Of a stretch of 58,995 nucleotides of DNA, positions 37,575 through 46,726 are shown piece after piece. Each line of letters opens with the position of its first letter. The stretch's first letter is position 1. The notes under the pieces were generated by a model. The model was given only the letters and a program-made list of their open reading frames with translations, was not told the origin of the DNA and searched no databases. The position numbers and the translations under genes were made by a program. This stretch comes from Myxococcota bacterium (GTDB lineage: Bacteria > Myxococcota_C > UBA6777), in the NCBI GenBank assembly GCA_023150835.1, contig JAKLKB010000025.1:1-58995 (forward strand). Direction: 5' to 3'.

Positions 37575-39506
37575 TCAGTTTGGTGGGAAGGCCCAGATCG
37601 TTTTTTGCCCCACCTCAAGGCGCAAGCCGTGTTCCAAAGGCATGACCTCTTGCAAGGGAGAGCCGTTAAGGATGACGCCTTTGTCTGAAGGTAGGAACGA
37701 CAGTCGAGAGCCGTCGCGCCGCATCCGCAAGTGTTGACCGCGCATCCCTCCTCCTGAAAAGGCAAGGTGATCTCGCGACGAGCCGCCCAACGTCACTTCT
37801 GCGCCGTTGTCGATGCACAGGTATTCTTCGCGACCAGCAAAGTTATCGACACGCCGCAAGCGCCATCCCACGGGGGTTCCCGCATCGTTGCGCAAGATCG
37901 TGTAGGACAGTTTGACCACACCAGCAGGTGCGATGATCGCGCCTTCCGCAATGTCGATCAGATGGCCTTTGGCGATGCGTTCGCCGTTGATCAGCGTCCC
38001 TTTGCTGCTTTTGTCGAGCAGCTTGAGTCCACCATTCACCCAGATCAGTTCGAGGTGTTGGCCGGAGATATCAAGTGCTGGATGGCAAGCGCTTGTTCCT
38101 TGCCAGTTTTGCCACTCGGGGTTGTGGACATCGGGAGGATCGGGCAAAGGATACCAATACAACACGAGATCATTGCTGCTGTGGCGTCCCAGACAAACGC
38201 GGTTGCTCATGTAGAGGTAGTAGGTACGAGGATCTTCGCCTTCGCGTCCCATCACTTCCAATATCGCGTGTGGCACTTTCGGGCGTGTGGGCTGCGCGTT
38301 TTGTGCCGAGGACGCGGAGATCGGCAAGGGAGAGTTTCGACTGGCTGCGATGATCTGCTCGACTTGGGTGTGCTGGAGGCCCAACCTTCCGGCGTTTTCG
38401 CGCAAGACGTTTTGCCAATGCGATTCGGATTGATTCGGGAAGGTGGTTCGGAGCATCGTACGTGCGACTTGTCGCGATTCGGACTCTGCGGAACCACGCT
38501 GGATATGGTGCCACAGCGACGCCATGAGGCTCTTGACCTCGCGCAATTCGTTTTCGATCTGTTGGGATTTATCGAGAATTTTGTCACGTGCGTCGTCGAT
38601 TTTGTCGACAATACGTTGCTCAACACCCGCCAAGCTGCGCTCAAACGCTTGTGTTGCGGCTTGGGCTTCTTTCAGCACGTCATCACGCAACAGTGCCAAT
38701 TGTTCCCGATAGATCGACGATTGCGCGGTCAATTGTTTTTGGCGAGCCTGTGCATCCGCCCCTGCCGTTCCGAGAGAGAGTTGCTGTGTGAGTTCAGCCA
38801 ATTGGCGATTGGTTTGTTCGACGGCTTCTTGGAGTGCATGGCGCTCGCGTTCGGCTTCTTTGATTGAGCGCGCAAGGTGCATTTGTTGGAATTCTTCGTA
38901 GATGGCTTTGACTTCTTTGGATTGTGCCATCCGCTGACGAAAGAAATACAAGATCGCTTGAAATAGCAGGTTTTGGAAGCGGAACAGTTCTTTGACACGC
39001 GGTGGGATCTCGCCAAGATCGTGGATCTTGCGCAACAACAGCGCTTCGCTTTCATTCATGCGGCTCTCTGCGGATTGGATCTCTCCTTCCGAAAAGAAGG
39101 CGTGAACATCCGATTCTTGGGGAGTGAGATCGCCGATGATCTCTTCGAGGTTTTTGAGGATGCGTTTGATCGCAGCATCGGATTCTTTGGCGAGTTCTGC
39201 GCGATCAAGGGTGGGGTATTTGGCAAAGAAGGGTTCGAGGTATTGGGTCTTGAACTCCTCGACAAACTCTTTGCTGACTCGCGACTTGGTGATGCTTTTC
39301 CAAACGCTCGGATTGAGGCCCATGTTGATGGCCGCAAGCGCATCTTGGGCGGCCTCTTCCATCGCATCTTTGAGATGTTTGCCGGATTGCAGGTAGTGCG
39401 TCGCCACTTTCTTGACGACGTTACCGATCAATTGCTTCGGCAAGATCTTGAGTACCATCGGGCTTCCAAGCAGCGACATCACCCCTAAACTTGCGATCCC
39501 TTTCAT
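37575..39506 (-). CDS. Helical/coiled-coil protein with two C-terminal FHA domains (second degenerate)
   Basis: CLGRHSSND..ISGQH..SSKGTLING, then TLGGSSRD..RGQH. AAGGAG upstream. Start could also be 39479. Confidence 0.8.
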   Translation of the reverse strand: MKGIASLGVMSLLGSPMVLKILPKQLIGNVVKKVATHYLQSGKHLKDAMEEAAQDALAAINMGLNPSVWKSITKSRVSKEFVEEFKTQYLEPFFAKYPTLDRAELAKESDAAIKRILKNLEEIIGDLTPQESDVHAFFSEGEIQSAESRMNESEALLLRKIHDLGEIPPRVKELFRFQNLLFQAILYFFRQRMAQSKEVKAIYEEFQQMHLARSIKEAERERHALQEAVEQTNRQLAELTQQLSLGTAGADAQARQKQLTAQSSIYREQLALLRDDVLKEAQAATQAFERSLAGVEQRIVDKIDDARDKILDKSQQIENELREVKSLMASLWHHIQRGSAESESRQVARTMLRTTFPNQSESHWQNVLRENAGRLGLQHTQVEQIIAASRNSPLPISASSAQNAQPTRPKVPHAILEVMGREGEDPRTYYLYMSNRVCLGRHSSNDLVLYWYPLPDPPDVHNPEWQNWQGTSACHPALDISGQHLELIWVNGGLKLLDKSSKGTLINGERIAKGHLIDIAEGAIIAPAGVVKLSYTILRNDAGTPVGWRLRRVDNFAGREEYLCIDNGAEVTLGGSSRDHLAFSGGGMRGQHLRMRRDGSRLSFLPSDKGVILNGSPLQEVMPLEHGLRLEVGQKTIWAFPPN

Positions 39507-40105
39507 CCCTTCTCTCCTTTTCGCGGCGCATCCGAGGATATCCACCACCCCGTTCTCCGCTTCGCTTGGGGGTGACAGAGCACTTTTGCCACAACCCTCA
39601 AGACGTTGCCAAACCCTCGATCATGACAAATCAACATAGCAAACCTTACAAAGCGATGGAAGACTGGCAGCCCTATTCCTCTAAAAAAACCCACGCATGA
39701 TGTTGCCGCCAAAACCTGCGCCCCCTCAAATTGCAACGCATCTCGTTGTTCGTTGCCGTTTATGCGCCAGCAAGAGGCCAAAATCACCGCTCTCACGCAG
39801 CGTATCTCGTTGCCGATCATGCACGATGCCGCCGCCGAAATCTGTGCTCCTACGCAGCGCATCTTGTCGCGGTTCTGGCTTTTTCTTCTTTGTCCTTGTT
39901 TGCCAAGCCGATCGCTGTTTGATCGCCAAAAGGGGTGGAGCGATTGTGTTGCCTCGTTGACATCTCTGTGTGGGTTCGTATAACAGACGGCGCACGCGCA
40001 GATAGAATAAATGTGCTGGCTGTCTTGTCCTAGATGGCGCGATTCGCGTTGTGCGTCGCTGCAACGGAATGGACGCACAACAAAACACTCTGGAGGAACC
40101 GACTG

Positions 40106-41077
40106 ATGAAGAAGTTAATTTTTGGTTTGGCTGTGCTTGCCGCGGCGTGGCTCGTGAATCCCATGCTGGGCGCTGCTGATGGTGTGAAGTACATCAAGAT
40201 CACCATCAAAAGCGCGAAACTATGGCCCGTGAAGCCAGATGGCCGTTGCTGGGATCCCCCTTGCTTTGGCAAAAAGTACGAGCTTCCCGCTCGTGGTGCT
40301 GCGGATTACCAAAAGTATTTTGAAGACAAAAATTTCCAAATGCTTTGTAACCCCAAATCGCCTGTTGCTCCCGACGGTCTCGTCGAGATCAAGATCGGCG
40401 CTTACGAAGTTTTTCGCACCGACAAGATCAACAACAACTGCACCCCCGAGTGGAACGTCAGCCACACCTTCCGCGTCGGACCCAACGATCCCTTCACCGT
40501 CAAAGTTCTCGACAACGACGGTGGCGCTGGCATCCAAGTCAAGACCGATGAGATCGGTACCTACAGCGCCCCCACCGTCCCCGCAGAGCTGATGAACGGC
40601 GGCAAACTCGTTCTCAAAAGCTTCGGCCAAGTCGAAGAACTCGTCCTCGAAGCCCAAGTCGTCGAGCGCCCCAAGATCGATCCGACCTCTTGCGATGGTG
40701 TGTATACCGTTCGTATCGTCGAGTACGAAGTCAAAGACAAAAAAGAAAATGGCAAGCCTTGGGACTGGGGCTTTGGTCGCGCAAAACTTCCTGACGTCGT
40801 GATCAAAGTCAAGATCGGCAAAAACGAGATCGTCACCCCCAAAGTTCAAGACACAGCCGCTCACGTCTTTACCAGCGCCGAAGGCAAAACCTTTGCGATC
40901 AAAAAAGGCGAAGAAATCAACGTTGAAGTGCTTGATTCGGATCTCAATAAGTATGAAACCATCGGTCAAACCGCTGAAAGTGACGTGTGCAAAGTCCTCA
41001 ACGCCGGCGGAAAATACGTCTTCGCTAACTTTGGCCAAGTGATCAAAGTGGTTGTCCTCTTCGAAAAGAAAAAGTAA
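40106..41077 (+). CDS. Secreted protein with two C2-like beta-sandwich repeats
   Basis: GGAGG RBS and signal peptide. Two repeats of KxxGxxWD...PD..V.I.IG...T....(N/D)...V.VLDxD...(E)TIG. Confidence 0.8.
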   Translation: MKKLIFGLAVLAAAWLVNPMLGAADGVKYIKITIKSAKLWPVKPDGRCWDPPCFGKKYELPARGAADYQKYFEDKNFQMLCNPKSPVAPDGLVEIKIGAYEVFRTDKINNNCTPEWNVSHTFRVGPNDPFTVKVLDNDGGAGIQVKTDEIGTYSAPTVPAELMNGGKLVLKSFGQVEELVLEAQVVERPKIDPTSCDGVYTVRIVEYEVKDKKENGKPWDWGFGRAKLPDVVIKVKIGKNEIVTPKVQDTAAHVFTSAEGKTFAIKKGEEINVEVLDSDLNKYETIGQTAESDVCKVLNAGGKYVFANFGQVIKVVVLFEKKK

Positions 41078-41300
41078 CCCGCTCCGCTTGATTGTCTGCT
41101 TTCCTTTGTCCTCGCCTTCTCCTTTGCTTCTCCTCGCCTGCTTTGCTCGATGTTCTCCATCTCAAATAGCTTCTTTTCTCGTGTAGAAAAAACGCTGCGT
41201 CTCAACGCTTGCTTTTTGTGTGGGGGAATGCTACACATTCCGCTCTTGAAACACATCGCGTCTTGCTTCCCATCCACCACGTTGATCTATGGAGGTTTCG

Positions 41301-42044
41301 ATGAGCGAAAAAGCACCGAGTCTCGAACAGCTTGCGAAAAAAGAAGGCACCACTCCCCCCAACGCGCCCTTGGATACACACGAAGTCATTCGTTTTATTA
41401 GCCACAGCCAGTTGTTTTATTATTGGCCGGTGTGGATCACCAGCTTGATCTTTGCGGTGATTACACGCTTTCAGGGCAAAGAATTTGTGGTCAACGAACA
41501 AAAGGTCTACTTCGTGACCTCGCCCGGTCTTGGTCTGGCATTTTTGATCATCTTGCTCGCGGTCGTGCTCTTCACGTCCGTCAACGTTCGGGGCCTTTGG
41601 GCTGCGTTGGTTGCGGCTTCGATGGTGATCCTCGGTTTGCTCTTTCACTTCTTTAGTGTCTGGGCACCGATCCTGAGTTTTCTCGGTGGTTTGAGCTTTT
41701 ACATGAGCTACCACTTTTACCTGACCACAGGGCTGGTTCTCGGCATCTTCTGGTTTGTGGTGTTTTTCGTATTCGATCAGCGCCACTACATCGAGTTTCG
41801 ACCGACCCAGATCACCATCGTCGAAGAAGTCGGCGACGGGGCGCGCAACTACGATACAACGGGCCTTGTCTTTGACAAAAAGCGTGACAACTTCTTCCAA
41901 CATTTGATCTTGGGCTTTGGTTCAGGCGACCTCAAGATCACCACAGGCGGCGCACAGCGCGAAGAGATCTACTTCCCCAACGTCCTCAACATCAACCACC
42001 GCATCGATCAGATCAAGCGTATCCGCGAACAGCGAGGTCGCTAA
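41301..42044 (+). CDS. Hypothetical membrane protein (4-5 TM, PH-like C-terminal region)
   Basis: GGAGG RBS, hydrophobic segments and an ILGFGSGDLKITT motif reminiscent of bacterial PH domains. Confidence 0.8.
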   Translation: MSEKAPSLEQLAKKEGTTPPNAPLDTHEVIRFISHSQLFYYWPVWITSLIFAVITRFQGKEFVVNEQKVYFVTSPGLGLAFLIILLAVVLFTSVNVRGLWAALVAASMVILGLLFHFFSVWAPILSFLGGLSFYMSYHFYLTTGLVLGIFWFVVFFVFDQRHYIEFRPTQITIVEEVGDGARNYDTTGLVFDKKRDNFFQHLILGFGSGDLKITTGGAQREEIYFPNVLNINHRIDQIKRIREQRGR

Positions 42045-42053
42045 ACACCCCGC

Positions 42054-42731
42054 ATGTCCGCCATATCCCCCGCTTTCTCTCCCACCGATCCTCTCCATCC
42101 CATCCCCACCGATTTTTTGGATATCCAAGATCTTCCCGGTCGCTTTTTTGTCTTCGAAGGGATCGATGGTTCGGGCAAATCCACGCAATGCCACTCGCTT
42201 GCGATGACGCTGCGCGAACAAGGCCACCATGTGATCGAGACTCGCGAACCCACAGACGGTCCTTGGGGGCGGCAGCTTCGAGCGCTTGCTCAACAAGGCC
42301 AACGGCTCGAACCCTCCGAAGAACTCGAATACTTCGTGCGCGATCGAAAGGCTCATCTCCAAGATCGGATCCTTCCTCGACTTCGCCAAGGTTCGATTGT
42401 CTTACAGGATCGGTACTTTCCATCAAGTATGGCCTACCAAGGCAGCCGAGGACTTGCGCTTCAGACCATCCTTTCGGCTCACTTGGGTTGGGCTCCTCTC
42501 CCCCACGCCTTTTTCTTTCTTCGTCTCTCGCCTCAACAAGCCCTTCAACGCATCACCGAAAGGCGTCAAGTTCCCGATGCTTTTGAAACGCTCGAAGGAC
42601 TCCAACGTTGCGAGGCGATCTTTTCCACGTTATCTCTGCCTCGTTGGTTCGCCCTTGACGCATCCCAGCCCATCGATGCTCTTCAACAAGCCATCCTGCA
42701 CATCGTACAGCCCTTGCTTCCGCCTCGATAA
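42054..42731 (+). CDS. tmk: Thymidylate (dTMP) kinase
   Basis: FEGIDGSGKSTQ P-loop, TREP and DRYFPSSMAYQG. Confidence 0.95.
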   Translation: MSAISPAFSPTDPLHPIPTDFLDIQDLPGRFFVFEGIDGSGKSTQCHSLAMTLREQGHHVIETREPTDGPWGRQLRALAQQGQRLEPSEELEYFVRDRKAHLQDRILPRLRQGSIVLQDRYFPSSMAYQGSRGLALQTILSAHLGWAPLPHAFFFLRLSPQQALQRITERRQVPDAFETLEGLQRCEAIFSTLSLPRWFALDASQPIDALQQAILHIVQPLLPPR

Positions 42732-42832
42732 CCTTGCAAAAGAACGCTCTCTTGAAAATGTCCAAATGCTCCGACAATGGGGAGAGAAGGAGCCTGTGCG
42801 TTGCCTTCGGTGCCTTGGTTGGTTTGCGTTTA

Positions 42833-42953
42833 TACGAAATCCGCCCGTCGTGTGGTTGTAAAACGTAGGGGTAGCCCCCTGTGGCTGCCAGAGAATCGGG
42901 CAATTACAGCGAATCGCACCGACCCTTCACTCACACACCTCTCGGATATCGTA
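42833..42953 (+). mobile_element. Family T miniature element, copy D (121 bp)
   Basis: TACGAAATCCG...GTAGGGGTAGCCCCCTGTGGCTGCC...CGGATATCGTA with TTA on both sides. The right TTA is the stop codon of the TPR gene. Confidence 0.8.
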
Positions 42954-44015
42954 TTAGGCGGAGCCTTCGTTGGCGGCTTCAAGGAGGGCAGGGCAGGGGG
43001 GAGGTTGAGAGAGCGGGGGTTGGGTGGTGGGGTCCATCTTGCGGAGGCTGTCTTGTGGGATGTAGGAGGCTTCTTCTTGGAGGATCTGTTTCACTTCCGA
43101 CGAGATCTCTTCGTCAGAGAAGCAAAGGCGCTCGATGTTCCAGTGGTAGATGGTCAGTCGCTTGCGGGGTTTGGGTCCGATCGAAGGCAAAAATGAATGA
43201 TGTTCGGTGAGGATCGAGACACGACGCGGATCGTGAGGAAAGGTTTGCAAGACCTGCTCGTCAGGGTAAGGCTCCACCACAACGCTCAAATAGCCGAGCG
43301 CATCGCGGAGATAGGTGCGTGCTAACTGCTCGACCAATCGCCGAAAATGATCGAACCGATAGCGGCACTGCGGGGGATTTTGGGTGTCGAGCTTGTACAC
43401 AAGTGAAAAGGCCGCATAGGTGGCCTCTTTGTTTCCATGACTTTCGTGCGCGACGCCTAAATAAAAATGGGCGTCTGCGTGGTGCGGTTCTTTTTCTGTC
43501 AGATAGGTCAAAAGAGGGATGGCCTCGTCGAACATCTCTTGTTGAACAGCACACCAGCCCGCAAGAAAGAGTAGGTGGGGGTCTTCGGGGTGGCGCTTTC
43601 GTGCGCGATGCAAAAACAACCACGCATCGTAACATCGTTGTCGATCGATCAGCGCCTCGGCTTGAAGACGGTAAGCGCGTAGCTCTTGGGTCTTGGTCAA
43701 GCCTCTTGCGCGAAACAATCGAGACAGTCGGTGCAGCCCGTCTACGGGGCGCCGCAGTCGGTTGATCAAAAGATCGGCAGCTTCCAACAAAGACCACGGA
43801 TGATAGGGCTTGTTTTCGATACGCGCATCGAGAACGCGAATGGCCATCTCGTATTGATCGAGTTCTTGGAGGATGCGGATCTGTAAAACACAAGCGTCGT
43901 CGTCCTGAGGGCAGAGGTGGATCGCGGCCTTGGCTGCACGCAAGGCGCGTTCAAGCTCTCCGCGCTCTCTGGCTTCACGCGCTTTCTGCATGTATTTCTC
44001 AAAAAGAGTGTTCAT
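42954..44015 (-). CDS. TPR protein with C-terminal degenerate zincin-like domain
   Basis: TPR units (e.g. HADAHFYLGVAHE). VVVEPYPD...RLTIYHWNIER...EEI...QEEASY lacks HExxH. Confidence 0.8.
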   Translation of the reverse strand: MNTLFEKYMQKAREARERGELERALRAAKAAIHLCPQDDDACVLQIRILQELDQYEMAIRVLDARIENKPYHPWSLLEAADLLINRLRRPVDGLHRLSRLFRARGLTKTQELRAYRLQAEALIDRQRCYDAWLFLHRARKRHPEDPHLLFLAGWCAVQQEMFDEAIPLLTYLTEKEPHHADAHFYLGVAHESHGNKEATYAAFSLVYKLDTQNPPQCRYRFDHFRRLVEQLARTYLRDALGYLSVVVEPYPDEQVLQTFPHDPRRVSILTEHHSFLPSIGPKPRKRLTIYHWNIERLCFSDEEISSEVKQILQEEASYIPQDSLRKMDPTTQPPLSQPPPCPALLEAANEGSA

Positions 44016-44289
44016 GGTGTCGTCACGGCAAGAACGTAGAGAGTGGTTCGGAAAAGACGGATAGTGGGTCGAGTATGCACAATCCTTTCTGAAAGCGTCA
44101 AGCAAAAAACACATCGACTCTTGACAGGAGCCAGATTTTTTTGCAAGACAAGCTCCCCCCGAAGTGCTCGAAGCCATCCATGCGCAGTAGCGCACGATGG
44201 CAGGCTTCAACACACCACAGGACGGCGACTCATCGCGCCTACCCTACCCAAACACCTCTTGTTTTCTAGATCGCCTAAGCGAGGCAAGT

Positions 44290-45702
44290 ATGTCAAAAAA
44301 AAAGCTTTATTTTGTGTCCCTTGGCTGCCCTAAAAACCGCGTCGATAGCGAGATGATGCTTGGTATGGCTGGCCAATCAGGGTACGAGATCGTCGACGAG
44401 GCCGAAGGCGCAGACCTTCTCGTCGTTAATACATGCAGTTTCATCGAGCAAGCCCGCCAAGAATCCGTCGATGTCATCCTCGATCTGGCCGAACTACGCA
44501 GCGCGCACGAAGGCAAAAAGCTCGTGGTCGCCGGCTGCCTCTCGCAACGTTATCCAGAACAACTCAAAGAAGAACTCCCCGAAGTCGATCACTTCCTTGG
44601 GACGGGACAGATCCATCGCTTCCAAGAGATCTTGGCCGAAGAGGCCCCCCGTGATCTCGCCAGCAGCGCTCCCGGATGGCTCTATACACACAACAGCCCG
44701 CGCCTACAATCCACTCCTTTCTACACCGCCTACGTCAAGATCGCCGAAGGATGCGATCGCACCTGTTCTTTTTGTGCGATCCCTTCTTTTCGTGGCAAAC
44801 AAAAGTCCCGTCCCATCGAGGATATCGTTGAGGAGGTTCGCCAACTTTGCTCGCGTGGCGTCAAAGAGATCAATCTGATCGCACAAGAACTCAACGGCTA
44901 CGGGCGTGATCTGCCCAAATCTCCCACAGGCGCTCGCATCGAACTGGCCGATCTGCTCGAAGCTCTCGAACAAGTCGCCCCCGGGCCTTTTTGGATCCGC
45001 TTGTTGTATATGTACCCTCATGGCTTTACCGACCGATTGATCGGGGCGATCGCCAACTCCAAGCGTGTGATCCCTTACATCGATATGCCTCTTCAACACG
45101 CCAGCGACGCCGTCTTGCGTCGGATGCGACGGGCCGGAACCCAACAAGATATCCGACAACTACTCGATAAACTTCGTGGGGCTGTCCCCGGGATCACTTT
45201 GCGTAGCACCTTCCTCGTTGGTTTCCCCGGTGAAACCGAAGCAGACTTTCAACAGCTTTACGATTTTCTCCAAGAACAACGCTTCGATCGCGTCGGTATC
45301 TTCGCCTTTTCCCGCGAAGAAGGTACCGCCTCCCACGACTTGCCCGATCAAGTCGATCCCGAAGTCGCCGAAGAACGCCGACGCATCCTGTACGAACTCC
45401 AAACCGAGATCTCCAAAAACAATCTAACACGCTATCTTGGCCGAACAATCGAGGTGATCGTCGAAGGCGTCTCCGAAGAAAGCGACCTTCTTCTCGAAGG
45501 CCGTTTTGCAGGACAAGCTCCCGATATCGACGGAACCATCTACATCAACGACGGACAGGCCAGCCCGGGAAGCATCGTTCAAGTCGAGATCGAACAAACC
45601 GGCGATCACGATCTTGTCGGTGGCATCGTCGCCCACGGCCCCCTCCGACCCGTTGCGATCTCCCTCCCCCCGCTCGTCCTACAACACAGCGAATCCCCCT
45701 AA
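44290..45702 (+). CDS. rimO: Ribosomal protein S12 methylthiotransferase
   Basis: SLGCPKNRVDSE, NTCSFI, AGCLSQRY, radical-SAM CDRTCSFC, YMYP and a TRAM domain (APDIDG). Confidence 0.97.
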   Translation: MSKKKLYFVSLGCPKNRVDSEMMLGMAGQSGYEIVDEAEGADLLVVNTCSFIEQARQESVDVILDLAELRSAHEGKKLVVAGCLSQRYPEQLKEELPEVDHFLGTGQIHRFQEILAEEAPRDLASSAPGWLYTHNSPRLQSTPFYTAYVKIAEGCDRTCSFCAIPSFRGKQKSRPIEDIVEEVRQLCSRGVKEINLIAQELNGYGRDLPKSPTGARIELADLLEALEQVAPGPFWIRLLYMYPHGFTDRLIGAIANSKRVIPYIDMPLQHASDAVLRRMRRAGTQQDIRQLLDKLRGAVPGITLRSTFLVGFPGETEADFQQLYDFLQEQRFDRVGIFAFSREEGTASHDLPDQVDPEVAEERRRILYELQTEISKNNLTRYLGRTIEVIVEGVSEESDLLLEGRFAGQAPDIDGTIYINDGQASPGSIVQVEIEQTGDHDLVGGIVAHGPLRPVAISLPPLVLQHSESP

Positions 45703-45704
45703 AG

Positions 45705-45772
45705 AAACCCGCCCACCATGCCTATCCGTGACGTTCACAAACCCGCCCACCGTGCCTATCCGTGACGTTTAC
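45705..45772. repeat. 34-bp tandem duplication between convergent genes
   Basis: AAACCCGCCCACC(A/G)TGCCTATCCGTGACGTT(C/T)AC twice. Confidence 0.9.
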
Positions 45773-45780
45773 AAAAATGC

Positions 45781-46659
45781 CTATTCACGGCGCTTACAAA
45801 AGCGTTTGTAGCCGCGATAAAACCGTTTGCCATCTTCCGCAAGCTTGGGCTCTTGGCGGCGGTAGCGTGACAACTGCAAAAAGTAGCGCCGCCCTGCTTG
45901 ACATTGGCCTTCTTGGTAGCTCAAAAGGCCGAGACGAAGCAGAGCGCGTGGCACTTCGGATTCGTTCGGATATTTCTTGATAATCGTGTTGTAGGCGATC
46001 AACGCTGCGCTGATCTCTTTGCGCTTGCGGTGGATATCGCCGATGTACAAAAAGGCGTTGTCTGCGAGCGGATGCGAACCAAAGTTCTGCGTAAACTTTT
46101 GGAAGTCTTTCATGGCTTCGTCGTGTTTTTCGGCTTTGTAAGCATCTCGTGCGCGTGCAAACAACTTGGCGGGGATGGCTTGCTCGGCAAGCATCTTCTG
46201 ATTGCGCAAGAGCTCTTCGTAACGCTTTTGGATCTCTTGGTACTTTTTCTCTTGTTCAGGCTGTTTTTGCAGCACGTCTTTGATGGTTTGTTGGAGTTCG
46301 TCCACCTGACCCAGAGACTTTTGGAAGTTTTCTTGCAGCTTTTGCATGGTGGTGAACATCTCGGCCACGCCGCCTTGTCCTTGCTGCACAGTGCCTTTGA
46401 GTTCTTTGAGCGCAGAGCTTGAGCGCGCCAGCTCCGCACGGGTCTTGGCCAGTTCTGCTTTCAATCGCACCACATCGCCCTTGTAGTGGTCTTCTAGCTT
46501 CGCCACTCGCTCGCGTTGTTCTCGCTTAAACTGTGAAAACTCCGCTTCGAGTGCTTTGCGTGAGGACTCTTCTTTTTTGAGTTCACTGACGGTCGCAAAA
46601 CATCCAAAAAGCGGCAAGGAAACCGCAACTGCCATCAACACTCTTGCCCATCTTGTCAC
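45781..46659 (-). CDS. CpoB/YbgF-like coiled-coil-TPR lipoprotein (paralog 2)
   Basis: GGAGG before GTG 46659, LFGC lipobox, coiled coil and HPLADNAFLYIGD...YP...VPRALLRLG. Confidence 0.82.
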   Translation of the reverse strand: MTRWARVLMAVAVSLPLFGCFATVSELKKEESSRKALEAEFSQFKREQRERVAKLEDHYKGDVVRLKAELAKTRAELARSSSALKELKGTVQQGQGGVAEMFTTMQKLQENFQKSLGQVDELQQTIKDVLQKQPEQEKKYQEIQKRYEELLRNQKMLAEQAIPAKLFARARDAYKAEKHDEAMKDFQKFTQNFGSHPLADNAFLYIGDIHRKRKEISAALIAYNTIIKKYPNESEVPRALLRLGLLSYQEGQCQAGRRYFLQLSRYRRQEPKLAEDGKRFYRGYKRFCKRRE

Positions 46660-46726
46660 CAAATACCTCCCGACATCCGCGCCCATTGTAGAGCCAAAAG
46701 CCCGTCGTGGCGGAGATAAACAGATC

